Notes: generated by a model not told the origin, from the letters alone. Numbered from the stretch's first letter, positions 9,201-19,538 are shown. The stretch: 64,000 nucleotides of DNA from Desulfatiglandales bacterium (GCA_963662465.1 OY759599.1:5568001-5632000); one strand, 5' to 3'. Numbers and translations: made by a program.

Positions 9201-12200
9201 ACAGGCGATGTGGAACGGATATTCGCCAGGGAACATACGGGCCTGCTGAATCGCGATGATCGCCAGGAGCTGGAAGCCCAGTTCAAGGCGGAACCGTGGG
9301 AAAAAGAACCCTGGTTTCCAAACCTCCTGTCTTGCACGCCGACCCTTGAGATGGGAATTGATATCGGTAACCTGTCTTCACTGGTGTTGTGCTCCGTTCC
9401 GCCGGCCCAGACCAACTATTTACAGAGGACCGGAAGGTCGGGACGAAGGGACGGCAATGCCTTGAACATGACGGTGGCCAATGCCAGGCCCCATGATCTG
9501 TATTTTTTTGCTGAACCTGAGGAAATGCTGGCAGGCTTTGTGGACTCCCCCGGCATATTCTTGGACGCTTCCGCGGTTCTGGAACGACAGTTCACCGCAT
9601 TTTGTTTTGACCGCTGGGTTGCCGCCGATCATATCGCCCTGATTCCCAGAAAACTGGGCCAGGTGCTGAATAACCTGGAACCGGTTGACCGGAAGAAATT
9701 CCCGCACAATTTCATCCGCTATATTGAGACCCATCAGGCTGATTTATTAGATTCCTTTATCGGGCTGTTTCAAAGCAATGTGGGCCTAAGCCCCGAATCG
9801 GTCAAGAATCTTAAAACATTTGTTGAAGGAGACAAGGACTGGCAGGGGAGTCTCAGATACCGGATCATGAATGGGCTTCACAACCGCAAGAAGGAGAGAG
9901 ATTCCCTGCGTAAAAAAGTTCAGATCATGAATGGAAAAATCAATAAGAAAAAGAAAGGCCCTAAAGATAAGAACTTTGAAAAGGATCTGCGTGATCTGAG
10001 CATTGAAAAGTTTGCCCTTCAAGCTCTTGTAAAGAGCATCAGTGATCGCGATACCTATAACTTTTTCACCGATGAAGGGCTGCTTCCCAATTACGCCTTC
10101 CCTGAAGTGGGGGTGATGCTGAACTCCATCATATATCGCAAGAAATTGCAGGTTCAGGAGGGGGAAAGCAGTTATGATACCTGGAATTATGAGTATGAAA
10201 GGCCTGCCCGAAGCGCCATTGAGGAGCTGGCGCCGGCGAACACCTTTTATGCCGGTGGTCGCAGGGTAAAAGTAGACCAGGTGGATATGACCGTTTCAGA
10301 AGTCGAAACCTGGCGGTTTTGTAATAATTGTTCCCACAAGGAATTGATTGGAAAGGAAGAAGAAAAGAAAAGCTGCATCATGTGTGGCAGCCCCATGTGG
10401 TCCGATGAGGGACAGAAACGGTTGATGCTCAAGATGCGTCAGGTGTTTGCATCCACCTCCGACCAGAAAAGCCGTATCAGTGACGACAGCGACGACCGAG
10501 ATCCCACCTTTTATAACAAACAAATGCTGGTGGAATTTGATGACAAACAGGTCATGGAGGCTTTTAAAGTAGATGCTGATTTTCCATTCGGCTTTGATTT
10601 TCTTTCCAAGGTTGATTTTTGTGAAATAAACTTTGGCGAAAGAGATGAAATTGGCGATAAGATCACGATTGCCGGTGTGGAGACGCCCCGGAAGGGATTT
10701 AAGCTGTGCCGGGTATGCGGTAAAATTCAAGAAGATCGTAAAGAACCCGCTCATGCCTTTACCTGCACCGCACGGGACCAGGAGAGCGATAAGGACCTGA
10801 TCGACTGTATTTATCTCTACCGACAGTTCACCTCCGAAGCCATTCGCATCCTGCTCCCGGTGAGCATTATTGCCGAATCAGACAAAAAGCTGGAATCGTT
10901 TATCGCCGCAATGCAGTTGGGGCTCAAGAAGAAATTCAAAGGGAAGATCGACCATCTTCAAACCACCGTCCACGAAGAACCCCTGGCGGATTCTACATTC
11001 AAGCGAAAGTATCTGGTGCTTTACGACACGGTTCCAGGGGGAACCGGTTACCTTAAACAACTGATGCGTTCGGAAGACCCGTTAATGGAGGTCTTAAAAC
11101 TGGCCCTGGATACCCTTAAATCCTGCACATGCAACCAGCAGGAAGACAAGGACGGCTGCTATCGGTGCCTGTTTGCCTATCGAAACAGTTATAACATGCC
11201 AAAAACATCCAGGGATACGGCCATTGCGCTTTTTGCCGAAATATTGAGCTATCGTGAAAAGCTGATCAAGACGGATACCATCAAAAACATCTCCTTGAAT
11301 ACGCTCATTGAAAGCGAGCTGGAGGCCAGGTTTATAGGGGCTTTAAAGCGGTATAAATCCGATAAATTTTCGATCCTGCTCAAAAGTGATCTGGTGAATG
11401 GCAAACCCGGCTATTTTCTAAAAATCGGTGAACGCGCCTATTATATTGAGCCTCAGGTGAAATTGAATGAGCTGACCGGGGTGAGTGTTCCTTCCCGGGC
11501 GGATTTTGTGATTCGGCCCGCCCGTGTCAATGATCCTATGAAACCGATTGCCGTCTTTCTGGATGGTTTTACCTATCACCGGGATCGGGTGGGCGAGGAT
11601 ATGGCCCAGAGGATGGCCATTGCTCAGGGCGGCAAATATCATGTGTGGTCTTTAAGCTGGCACGACGTTGAAGATACGTTTACACCCCGGAAAGATTTTT
11701 ATGTGGATTTCCTTGACGCTGTGGGGCTTCCCGCCGGGGATAACTTCGATGCCCTTTTGACGGGGTACGGTTTGATCGACTTAAAAGGCCTGAATAAGCT
11801 GAACAGTTTCGCTTTACTGGTGGAATTTTTGCGGAAGCCTGAGGAGGATCGATGGCGTCTTTTTGTCTTCGTATTTTCTTTACTTCATGTAGATGGGGTG
11901 AAATTCTCCGAACAGAAAGCCATTGAAGAATGGACGTCAAAAATTGAAACCGATATGCCCGACGATATGGCTTCAAAGATCAAGGAAACAGATTGTCCCT
12001 GCCTTTATGGATACTACCGCGCAAAAAACCATGACGGTAATTTAGAGCTTCAGCAATATGTCGTGACGGAGCAGAAAGCCGTGATGCCACCAGGAGATGC
12101 CCTGGGGATCCGGTTTGGCTGCTGCCTGGAAGATGATGACGCCGACAAACAAGCCTCTGGGTATCAGGCTGTCTGGAATGGCTTTCTCAGGCTTTACAAC

Positions 12201-12623
12201 TTCTTTCAGTTCTTGCCTCATTCCTTCTTTGTATCAAGAGAAGGGCTCAAGAAAAAAGCGTATGACGCCATTAAGCTTTTCCATGCGGCTCCCACAAGTG
12301 GTGGACCGGAAGTCAACCCGGAAGATTCAAAATGGAATGAAATTTTGGAACTGACGGATGAAACCTTTCACGGTCTTCTGAATTTGCTCAAGAACAATGA
12401 CTGGCCCGTACCGGAAGCAGGATATGAATTGCAGCGCGGTAAAGGTGAAATAATTGGAACCGCTGAACTTGCCTGGGAGGAACTGAAAATCGCCTTTCTA
12501 TTGGAAGATGAACTTGGATTTGAAAGCCGATTTATAGATGCCCAATGGAAGGTTTTTTCGCTGATGGATGTGTTGAAAGATCCTGACAAATACCTACCCC
12601 TGAATAAAACGCAGGAGGATTAA
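6273..12623 (+). CDS. Large YprA/Hrq1-like SF2 helicase with DUF1998 and a C-terminal nuclease-like region (DISARM DrmAB/Druantia DruE/ARMADA-type)
   Basis: 2116 aa. Helicase motifs TGTGSGKT, YPMNALATDQ, DELH, TSATL, TPTLEMGIDIG, QRTGRSGR. Several CxxC pairs. DUF1998 motif YDTVPGGTGY...CTC...GCYRCL. C-terminal SELEARF...RADF...FLDGFTYH. Confidence 0.92.
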   Translation: MIPSVLAQHVEQGIKDFLRTTFPVTTPFFFNMLENFLNEPGNVFKGPYLDIQLPFQQDKGGANYFPNLPMKFPPYLHQINAFDRLSGLTPKSTIIATGTGSGKTECFLYPILDHCYQHRGEPGIKAILIYPMNALATDQAGRLAELIYNSKLRGRVTAGIYVGQREKEPPKLMKPDKLISDKETMRLSPPDILLTNYKMLDYLLIRPDDRPLWDHNNPETLRFLVVDELHNFDGAQGSDLGCLIRRLKARLASPPEHLCCIGTSATLGSDEEQTELLSYASAVFGDKFQKDSVISELRLSAGEFLGDSLISHIDIVPEKKAADLDPANSNGYEEYIKAQYRLWFDEKIKTNFEDPGWRIQLGEKLKEHLFFQNLLKVLGGRIFSFDTIFLKLENITKGLKSNNAAYKTNMLNSLLALVSEARIKVISKKDNGKESAHIRPFLNVRLQIWLRELRRMVGEVSKEPRLRFADDLNEEQLNTHLPLVHCRECGSMGWAGLKLVRSSAIMGELKNFYYSFFNHDPKVVYLFPEEEGVRDQAQNVGMYYFCPQCLNVTTKPNPDQCPSCAHPELILVHMPDSRRRRGDRQISVNDCPYCDSQNSLTLLGSRAASLTSVMIVQLYSSTYNNDKKLLTFSDNVQDAAHRAGFFNGRTFRFNFRTALQKVVSSVGDGLQLSALQPVFTDYWLKQFDEKKYISTFLAPNMEWLHDYGHLKETGVLPGGSTLRKDVDRRVGWEIISEYGFRARIGRTLEKTGSSVAYVDPEILGTMVQRLLEPIQNEIGGFAALDERRLSRFLLGFLVHIKNQGGIWQPVLKSYIEGFGNTYVLNKTNWMPNFGQFSRAPAFLTTRRGTRFDQLHSASTTRRTWYLNWAEKCFLDLTPMVANASKPLYELILKILVDEKVLEENRVRGDWVWGIRPEALRLSPRVKQFRCERCGHNISVAEEESAYFEDAPCQRFHCYGKYRPQETGVDYYGKLYATGDVERIFAREHTGLLNRDDRQELEAQFKAEPWEKEPWFPNLLSCTPTLEMGIDIGNLSSLVLCSVPPAQTNYLQRTGRSGRRDGNALNMTVANARPHDLYFFAEPEEMLAGFVDSPGIFLDASAVLERQFTAFCFDRWVAADHIALIPRKLGQVLNNLEPVDRKKFPHNFIRYIETHQADLLDSFIGLFQSNVGLSPESVKNLKTFVEGDKDWQGSLRYRIMNGLHNRKKERDSLRKKVQIMNGKINKKKKGPKDKNFEKDLRDLSIEKFALQALVKSISDRDTYNFFTDEGLLPNYAFPEVGVMLNSIIYRKKLQVQEGESSYDTWNYEYERPARSAIEELAPANTFYAGGRRVKVDQVDMTVSEVETWRFCNNCSHKELIGKEEEKKSCIMCGSPMWSDEGQKRLMLKMRQVFASTSDQKSRISDDSDDRDPTFYNKQMLVEFDDKQVMEAFKVDADFPFGFDFLSKVDFCEINFGERDEIGDKITIAGVETPRKGFKLCRVCGKIQEDRKEPAHAFTCTARDQESDKDLIDCIYLYRQFTSEAIRILLPVSIIAESDKKLESFIAAMQLGLKKKFKGKIDHLQTTVHEEPLADSTFKRKYLVLYDTVPGGTGYLKQLMRSEDPLMEVLKLALDTLKSCTCNQQEDKDGCYRCLFAYRNSYNMPKTSRDTAIALFAEILSYREKLIKTDTIKNISLNTLIESELEARFIGALKRYKSDKFSILLKSDLVNGKPGYFLKIGERAYYIEPQVKLNELTGVSVPSRADFVIRPARVNDPMKPIAVFLDGFTYHRDRVGEDMAQRMAIAQGGKYHVWSLSWHDVEDTFTPRKDFYVDFLDAVGLPAGDNFDALLTGYGLIDLKGLNKLNSFALLVEFLRKPEEDRWRLFVFVFSLLHVDGVKFSEQKAIEEWTSKIETDMPDDMASKIKETDCPCLYGYYRAKNHDGNLELQQYVVTEQKAVMPPGDALGIRFGCCLEDDDADKQASGYQAVWNGFLRLYNFFQFLPHSFFVSREGLKKKAYDAIKLFHAAPTSGGPEVNPEDSKWNEILELTDETFHGLLNLLKNNDWPVPEAGYELQRGKGEIIGTAELAWEELKIAFLLEDELGFESRFIDAQWKVFSLMDVLKDPDKYLPLNKTQED

Positions 12624-12628
12624 ACGAA

Positions 12629-14779
12629 ATGGCTGCCATGAGTGGAGCAAAGGTTGCAATTGCATCGGAATTTTTAAATGCATTTGCCGGTATCCCTAAG
12701 AAACAACAGGGAAAGGTGCTTGAATTTATATCAATTTTTCGATCCAATCCCTTGGCCTCCAGTATCAATTATGAGAAAATTGCGACCTTTAAAGACCAGA
12801 CATTGCGATCTGTAAGAATCGATCACACCTATCGTGGGATTGTGAAAAAACCGGATACCGGAAATATCTTCCTGCTCCTGTGGGTGGATCATCATGATAA
12901 AGCCTATAAGTGGGCACGGAATAAGATATGCACAATCCATCCTGAAACTGGAAGCGTGCAGATATTTGATGTGAAGGATGTCCCGGCGGCGACTTCAGAC
13001 GTTTCGGTTCCAAGTGAAAAAAAAGACGAAAAAGGCCTCTATGACGGTATTCGCGACCGACAGCTTCTGCGTCTGGGCGTGCCTGAAGTATTACTGCCCC
13101 TGGTTCGTTCCATCAAAACAGAGGAAGAACTCGATCTCTCAGCCGAAAAACTGCCGCAGGAAGCTTATGAAGCTCTGTTCTTTCTGGCAGCCGGGGACAG
13201 CTTGGAAGAGGTTTTTCTGGAAATGGATAAATCAGAAGAACCGCAGAAAGTGGATACCAATGACTTTGAATCAGCGTTATCAAAACCTGACTCCAAACGT
13301 CGTTTCTTCGTTGCCGATGACGACCTGGAACTAGCCGGCATCTTGAATGCACCCCTTGAAAAGTGGCGGGTTTTCCTTCATCCCTCACAACGAAAGCTTG
13401 TTGAAAACAAATGGAATGGTCCTGTTCGGGTCCTGGGTGGTGCAGGCACCGGGAAAACGGTTGTGGCTATGCATCGAGCACAGTACCTGGCCCAACATGT
13501 TTTTAACAAGGAGAACGACCGTATCCTTTTTACAACATTTACCCGGAACCTGGCGGCTGATATCGGGGAAAACCTCTCGAAAATATGTCCTGACAAGGTG
13601 ATGCGCCGCATTGAAGTCGTTAATCTTGACCGATGGGTGTCTGATTTTCTGAATCGCAACGGGTATGCCTATAAAATTGATTATGGCGCACAAACAGGGG
13701 CTTTGTGGGAAAAGGCCCTTGATATGATGCCGACGGATCTTGCTTTTGATGAAATTTTCTACCGGGATGAATGGGAAAGGATCATTCAGCCTCAGGAAAT
13801 TGAGACGCTGCAAGCGTATTTCAAAGCTTCCAGATTGGGGCGGGGCGTCAGATTAAGCCGGAAAATGCGAAAGGAAGTGTGGCCTGTTTTTGAAGAGTAC
13901 CGGGTTTTGCTGAATGAACAGGGACTTAAAGAGGCCGATGACGCGAAGCGGGATGCCAGAAAGCTGCTTCAAGCCAAAGGGAATGTACTGCCTTACCGGG
14001 CTGTCATTGTCGATGAAGCCCAGGATATGGGACCCCAGGCGTTCAAACTCATCCGCCAGATGATACCCGAGGTTAATGTAGGAAATGATATCTTTATCGT
14101 AGGCGATGCGCACCAGCGAATTTACAGGCATAAGGTCGTATTAAGTCATTGCGGAATAAACATTCGGGGGCGCAGCCGAAAACTCCGTATCAATTACCGA
14201 ACAACCGATGAAACCAGAAGATGGGCCGTAAGTCTCCTGAAAGGGGTTCAGATAGACGATCTCGATGACGGAGTTGACGACCAGAAAGGATACAAATCAT
14301 TGCTTCATGGTGCTGAACCGGTAGTTAGGGATTTTGCTTCTTTTAATGAAGAAATCGATTTTATAACAGAATATCTCACGAAGATTGGAGATGAAGAAAA
14401 CCCACTGAATGGTGTGTGCCTGGTGGCCCGAACCAACCGATTGCTGAAACAATATGAAAGCGTACTGAACGAAAAAGGGATAGCCATATTCCGTATCCGA
14501 AGAAGTGATCCGGAAGATCGTGCGGCGCCAGGAATTCGGCTTGCAACAATGCATCGTGTAAAGGGGCTTGAATTCGACCGGGTGATTATTGCTGGAGTCA
14601 ACGACGGGGTTGTGCCTTTTGCGGGAATGGGTTCCGGTTCCTCAGACCCCGTGATCCAAATGGAATCAGAAGTGCATGAGCGGGCACTATTATATGTTTC
14701 TGCCACCAGGGCCAAGAGAGAGGTACTCGTGACCAGTTTTGGAAAACCGAGTCGGTTTTTGGGGGAAGATAGACTTTGA
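12629..14779 (+). CDS. UvrD/Rep-family SF1 helicase with an N-terminal RelE/ParE-like domain
   Basis: GGAGTGKT, VIVDEAQD, GDAHQRIY, INYRT, TMHRVKGLEFD, LYVSATRAK. The first ~90 aa (F..NP...INYEKI...RSVRIDHTYRGIV...LLWVDHHDKAY) are RelE-like. Confidence 0.9.
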   Translation: MAAMSGAKVAIASEFLNAFAGIPKKQQGKVLEFISIFRSNPLASSINYEKIATFKDQTLRSVRIDHTYRGIVKKPDTGNIFLLLWVDHHDKAYKWARNKICTIHPETGSVQIFDVKDVPAATSDVSVPSEKKDEKGLYDGIRDRQLLRLGVPEVLLPLVRSIKTEEELDLSAEKLPQEAYEALFFLAAGDSLEEVFLEMDKSEEPQKVDTNDFESALSKPDSKRRFFVADDDLELAGILNAPLEKWRVFLHPSQRKLVENKWNGPVRVLGGAGTGKTVVAMHRAQYLAQHVFNKENDRILFTTFTRNLAADIGENLSKICPDKVMRRIEVVNLDRWVSDFLNRNGYAYKIDYGAQTGALWEKALDMMPTDLAFDEIFYRDEWERIIQPQEIETLQAYFKASRLGRGVRLSRKMRKEVWPVFEEYRVLLNEQGLKEADDAKRDARKLLQAKGNVLPYRAVIVDEAQDMGPQAFKLIRQMIPEVNVGNDIFIVGDAHQRIYRHKVVLSHCGINIRGRSRKLRINYRTTDETRRWAVSLLKGVQIDDLDDGVDDQKGYKSLLHGAEPVVRDFASFNEEIDFITEYLTKIGDEENPLNGVCLVARTNRLLKQYESVLNEKGIAIFRIRRSDPEDRAAPGIRLATMHRVKGLEFDRVIIAGVNDGVVPFAGMGSGSSDPVIQMESEVHERALLYVSATRAKREVLVTSFGKPSRFLGEDRL

Positions 14780-14809
14780 TTTTTGACTTGAATTGATTAG
14801 GAGGATTTC

Positions 14810-15052
14810 ATGGGTGATTCGCCTCAAGATATGGCGCAAAGGTTATCAGAATACGTAAATGAACTGTATGAAGCTAGAACTTCTGGAGTATTTGAGCGAA
14901 GTGTTTTGCCAATAGATGTTCCAGAGATGAAGACTACTGCAAACTTTATTCTTCGAAAAATCAAAGAAAAGGACCGTGACCAGTATTCGGCTCTGCTTCA
15001 AAGCATTGGTGAAAATGAAGAACCTCTAGAAAAAGTGGCTGTGACACAATAG
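14810..15052 (+). pseudogene. Chimeric ORF: the first 9 codons are shared with rhuM (38161), fused to the tail of another gene
   Basis: MGDSPQDMA and the upstream region are nearly identical to 38098-38188, after which the two sequences diverge abruptly. Confidence 0.55.
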
Positions 15053-15062
15053 GGGAGAAGAA

Positions 15063-16269
15063 ATGAAAATCCTCCACACATCAGACTGGCACTTAGGCCG
15101 CTCCCTTTACGGGAGGAAACGCTATGATGAGTTTTCTGCATTTCTGGATTGGCTGGCCCAAACCATTGAGAATGAAGGGATCGATGCACTGCTTGTGGCC
15201 GGTGATGTGTTTGATACCAGTACGCCCAGCAATCGGGCGCAGGAGCTCTACTTGCCGCCATGTTATTGTTATTTCAGGTAATCATGACTCCCCATCATTT
15301 CTGAATGCCCCCAAAGAACTGCTGCGGTCGCTGAATGTTTATGTGGTCGGTTCCATGACGGAAGCCTTGGAAGATGAAGTGATCGTTCTTCACAAAGATG
15401 AACAGCCGGAGGCAATTGTCTGTGCGGTGCCGTATTTGCGCGATAAGGATATCCGCACGGTCGAGCCCGGAGAAACCATTGACGACAAAAATGCCAAGCT
15501 GGTTGAGGGGCTTAAAAAACACTATGCGGATGTCTGTGACATTGCGGAGCAAAAACGTTTCGAATTTGAAAAAGATGAACATACAAATATTCCCATCGTT
15601 GCCATGGGGCACCTCTTTACTGTGGGCGGCAAGACCGTTGACGGAGACGGCGTCCGGGAGCTTTATGTAGGCTCATTGACCCATGTGGGTGACGATGTAT
15701 TCCCTACATCAATCGATTACCTCGCTCTTGGGCATCTGCACGTTCCTCAGGCCGTTGGCAGTGCAGAGCACATTCGCTATTGCGGTTCACCCATACCGAT
15801 GGGCTATGGCGAAGCGACTCAGGAAAAGAAGGTTGTTCTGATTGAGTTCAACTGTACTACTCCGAATATTCAGGAAGTTCCGGTGCCGTGTTTTCAGCAA
15901 TTAGCCCGCATTGTGGGGTCACTGGATGATATCCATTCAAAGGTCGCACAGCTGAAAAAGGAAGAAAGCCGGGCGTGGCTTGAGGTTGAATATACAGGTA
16001 GTGATATCATCGGCAACCTGTGGGACATACTCGATGAAGTTCTAGCCGACTCCGCCATGGAAATTCGGCGGATAAAAAATAGGCGGGTTATTGACCGAGT
16101 AATCAGTACCATTGCTGAAGATGAAACTCTGGATGATCTCGATGTTTGTGATGTTTTTACCCGCTGTCTGGATGCTTTTGATGTGGCTGATGAAGACCGG
16201 GAGGAGCTGTCGGCATCCTATAACGAAGTAATCAAGTCTCTCCATGAGGAAGACGTAAACGAGAAATAG
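15063..16269 (+). pseudogene. sbcD: SbcD exonuclease, frameshifted by a short internal deletion near 15250
   Basis: MKILHTSDWHLG...AGDVFD...AQELY is in one frame and CRHVIVISGNHDS...MGHLF...YLALGHLH...RYCGSP is in another. Roughly ten residues normally found between them are missing. Confidence 0.85.
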
Positions 16270-16280
16270 AGAGGCTGATT

Positions 16281-19200
16281 ATGAAGATACTTGAACTCAG
16301 ATTTAAAAACCTCAACTCCCTTTACGGTGAATGGGTCATTGATTTTACAGACCCGGAATATGTGGGCAATGGAATTTTTGCTCTGACCGGACCAACCGGT
16401 GCGGGTAAGTCGACCATTCTTGACGCCATCTGCCTTGCCTTGTACGGCTCAACACCCCGCCTTGGGAAAATCACCAAGAGCGGAAACGAAATCATGTCGC
16501 GCCAGACCGGTGAGTGTTATGCCGAGGTGTTATTTGAATCACAGACTGGTCACTTCCGTTGCCATTGGGAACAACGCCGCGCTCGAAAAAGAGCTGATGG
16601 TAATTTACAGGACCAGGAACATCAGATTGCGGATGCCGATACCGGCAAGCCTATCGAAACCAAAAAGAGTCTGGTCTCCAGGGTTATTGAAGAAAAAACA
16701 GGGATGGACTTTACCCGTTTTACCCGGTCCATTCTTCTGGCCCAGGGGGGCTTTGATACCTTCCTGAGGGCGGACGTTGAACAGAAATCAAAGATCCTGG
16801 AGCAGATAACCGGTACAGGGATTTATTCTGAAATTTCAAGGCGAGTTCACGAGCGCCAGCGTGAAGAACGGGAAAAGCTGAATCTGCTTGAAGCTAAAAT
16901 ATCAGGCATTGTGATTCTGGAGCCGGAACAGGAAACAGAAATTCAAAAGGAACTCGAGGCAAAGCAAAAAGAAGAAACAGACCTTGCCGGCAAGTCAACT
17001 GAAACGGGAAAAGGCATTACATGGTTGAAAGCCATTGACGGACTGAAAAAAGAAATCAGTAGCCTGTCAGAGGAGTCAGTTAAACTGCAGAGCAATATAG
17101 AAGCTTTCAAACCAGAACGTGGCAGACTTGACCTGGCAATAAAGGCAGCGGCACTGGATGGCTCCTTTGCAACGCTCACAGCAATCCGAAAACAGCAAGT
17201 GAATGATCATACGGCCCTGAAAACCGAGGAAGAGACTCTTCCTGGACTGGAATCCTCTGCCAAAGAACAGGATGAATCACTCAAGTTAGCTGAACAGCAG
17301 ACCATCAAAGCGAAAGAGGAACTGAAAACTGCTTCACCACTCATTCAGAAAGTTCGCTCCCTTGACCAAAAGCTCGCCGAGCAAAAAGAGGCTCTTTCGG
17401 AAGGCGAAGACAGCGTCAAAAAAGATGCAGGAAAAATTGATTCCAATAAACAGGTCAGATTTAAGGAGCTGGAAAAACGTACCAAGGCTGGAAAAAATCT
17501 GGAACTTGCGGAAGGCTATCTCAAGGTACATGCTCGGGATGAGTGGCTGATAAGTAATCTGGCTGGGATTGAAGAACAGCTGAGCCGTTTGCTCTCCAAA
17601 CAAAAAGAGATTGCTCAAAAAGAGCTCGATCGAAAGAAGGCTGACTCGGTTCTGGTGCAGGCGATAAAGAAACTCGATGATTGCACAAAGCGATGCGGGA
17701 CCCGGAAGCGGGAACTGGAGGACGCATCCAAAAATCTCGAGCAAGGTAAAGATGCTTTGAGAGAGTTGCTGGTTGATCGGTTTCTGCGTGAATACCGAGC
17801 AGAGAAGGAAACATTGCTTCGTGAAATGACCTTTCTGGCAAGGATTGCGGAGCTTGAGGACCACCGGGCGAAACTGGAAGATGGTAAACCCTGCCCACTC
17901 TGCGGGGCGGAAGAGCATCCCTTTGCGAGAGGGAATGTGCCTGTTCCTGATGAAACGGAAAAGAAGATTGAGGTACTCACAAAACTGATAAGGAAGGCTG
18001 AGGACCAAGAAACTGCCATCAAGAAACTTGAAAAAGCCGAGGTCTCTACCCGTAAGAATCTGACGGACAGTGAAAAACTGGAAACAACCGCAGCAAATGA
18101 TAAAATGGCCGCTGAAAAAACCCTTTCGGAGTTGAAGGATAGCTTGGGAAAAATCAGAGCTGTTTTTAAGGAATTGAAACAGGCTGTATCCGCCAAACTC
18201 CAGCCCCTCGGCATTACGGAAATTCCCGATGACGATGTTTCTTCACTGCTTGAATCACTCAGAAAACGCCTGAACGTATGGCAGGATCAAGTTAAGAAAA
18301 AAAATGAAATCGAAAACCGGATTGCGGACCTCGACAGCGAGATGAAGCGTCTGGATGCGGTCATAGAAACTCAAAGCAACTCTTTGAAAGAGAAACAGGA
18401 ACGGCTGGAGGCCCTGAAAAAGGAAAAGACTGCCGGAAGCGATGAACGGAAAGAATTGTATGGTGATAAAAAGCCCGACGATGAAGAGCTCCGCCTGAAC
18501 AAGGCTGTTGCCGATGCTGAGGAAGCAGAAAAGAAGGTCAGAACCCGGCACAGTGAGCTGCAGCAGAAATTGAACACCGCAAAGACTCATGTTGAATCCC
18601 TGAAAAAGCGCATTGACCAGCGAGATCCAGAACTGAAAAAATCGGAAACCGAATTTACAGCAGCGCTTGGACCTTTTGGTTTTATGGATGAAAAACAGTT
18701 TCTTGAAGCCAGACTTACAGCTGAACAGCGGGATGCTCTGTCTGCAAAAGCGAAGGAGCTGGACGACGGCCAAACAGATCTCAAGGCCAGACAAAAAGAC
18801 CGTGAAATGCGTTTGGCCACGGAAATTGCCAAAAAGGTTACGGACAAACCCCTTCAAGAACTGGAACCCCAATTCAAAGAGTATGAAGAATCTTTGAAAC
18901 AGCTGCAAAACACCATTGCTGGTTTTAAGCACAAGCTGAGTGAAAATACAGCTGCCAGAGAGCGGGTAAAGGAAAAGCAAATGGCCATAAAGGCTCAGAA
19001 AAAAGAATGCCACCGATGGGAAAAGCTGCACGGCCTGATCGGATCTGCGGATGGTAAGAAATACCGCAACTTTGCCCAGGGGCTGACCTTTGAGTTGATG
19101 GTGTCACATGCTAACCTTCAGCTGGAAAAGATGACCGACCGCTACCTGCTTATTCGTGATGATGAACAACCCTTGGAGTTGAACGTCGTAGATAACTATC

Positions 19201-19538
19201 AGGCCGGTGAAATCAGGTCGACCAAGAACCTGTCCGGTGGTGAAAGCTTCATTGTAAGTCTTACACTGGCGCTGGGACTTTCACGGATGGCCAGCCGAAA
19301 GGTTCGGGTGGATTCCCTGTTTCTTGATGAAGGTTTCGGCACCTTGGACGAAGAGTCCCTGGATGCCGCACTTGAAACTTTATCCAGCCTCCAACAGGAT
19401 GGCAAACTTATTGGAGTCATCTCCCATGTATCCGCAATGAAGGAAAGAATCAGCACTCAAATTACCATTAATCCTTTATCAGGTGGGAAAAGTACACTGG
19501 CCGGTCCGGGATGCATCAGAGTTGTTAATAGCAAATGA
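16281..19538 (+). CDS. sbcC: SbcC SMC-like ATPase
   Basis: GPTGAGKS, long coiled coil, Zn hook CPLCG, LSGGESF, LFLDEGFGTLD, GVISH. Confidence 0.96.
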   Translation: MKILELRFKNLNSLYGEWVIDFTDPEYVGNGIFALTGPTGAGKSTILDAICLALYGSTPRLGKITKSGNEIMSRQTGECYAEVLFESQTGHFRCHWEQRRARKRADGNLQDQEHQIADADTGKPIETKKSLVSRVIEEKTGMDFTRFTRSILLAQGGFDTFLRADVEQKSKILEQITGTGIYSEISRRVHERQREEREKLNLLEAKISGIVILEPEQETEIQKELEAKQKEETDLAGKSTETGKGITWLKAIDGLKKEISSLSEESVKLQSNIEAFKPERGRLDLAIKAAALDGSFATLTAIRKQQVNDHTALKTEEETLPGLESSAKEQDESLKLAEQQTIKAKEELKTASPLIQKVRSLDQKLAEQKEALSEGEDSVKKDAGKIDSNKQVRFKELEKRTKAGKNLELAEGYLKVHARDEWLISNLAGIEEQLSRLLSKQKEIAQKELDRKKADSVLVQAIKKLDDCTKRCGTRKRELEDASKNLEQGKDALRELLVDRFLREYRAEKETLLREMTFLARIAELEDHRAKLEDGKPCPLCGAEEHPFARGNVPVPDETEKKIEVLTKLIRKAEDQETAIKKLEKAEVSTRKNLTDSEKLETTAANDKMAAEKTLSELKDSLGKIRAVFKELKQAVSAKLQPLGITEIPDDDVSSLLESLRKRLNVWQDQVKKKNEIENRIADLDSEMKRLDAVIETQSNSLKEKQERLEALKKEKTAGSDERKELYGDKKPDDEELRLNKAVADAEEAEKKVRTRHSELQQKLNTAKTHVESLKKRIDQRDPELKKSETEFTAALGPFGFMDEKQFLEARLTAEQRDALSAKAKELDDGQTDLKARQKDREMRLATEIAKKVTDKPLQELEPQFKEYEESLKQLQNTIAGFKHKLSENTAARERVKEKQMAIKAQKKECHRWEKLHGLIGSADGKKYRNFAQGLTFELMVSHANLQLEKMTDRYLLIRDDEQPLELNVVDNYQAGEIRSTKNLSGGESFIVSLTLALGLSRMASRKVRVDSLFLDEGFGTLDEESLDAALETLSSLQQDGKLIGVISHVSAMKERISTQITINPLSGGKSTLAGPGCIRVVNSK

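Noticed and set aside
6273..12623. Calling the locus canonical DISARM or Druantia
   Set aside because: The helicase and DUF1998 are fused, and no DrmC (PLD) or other Dru gene is recognisable in the window.
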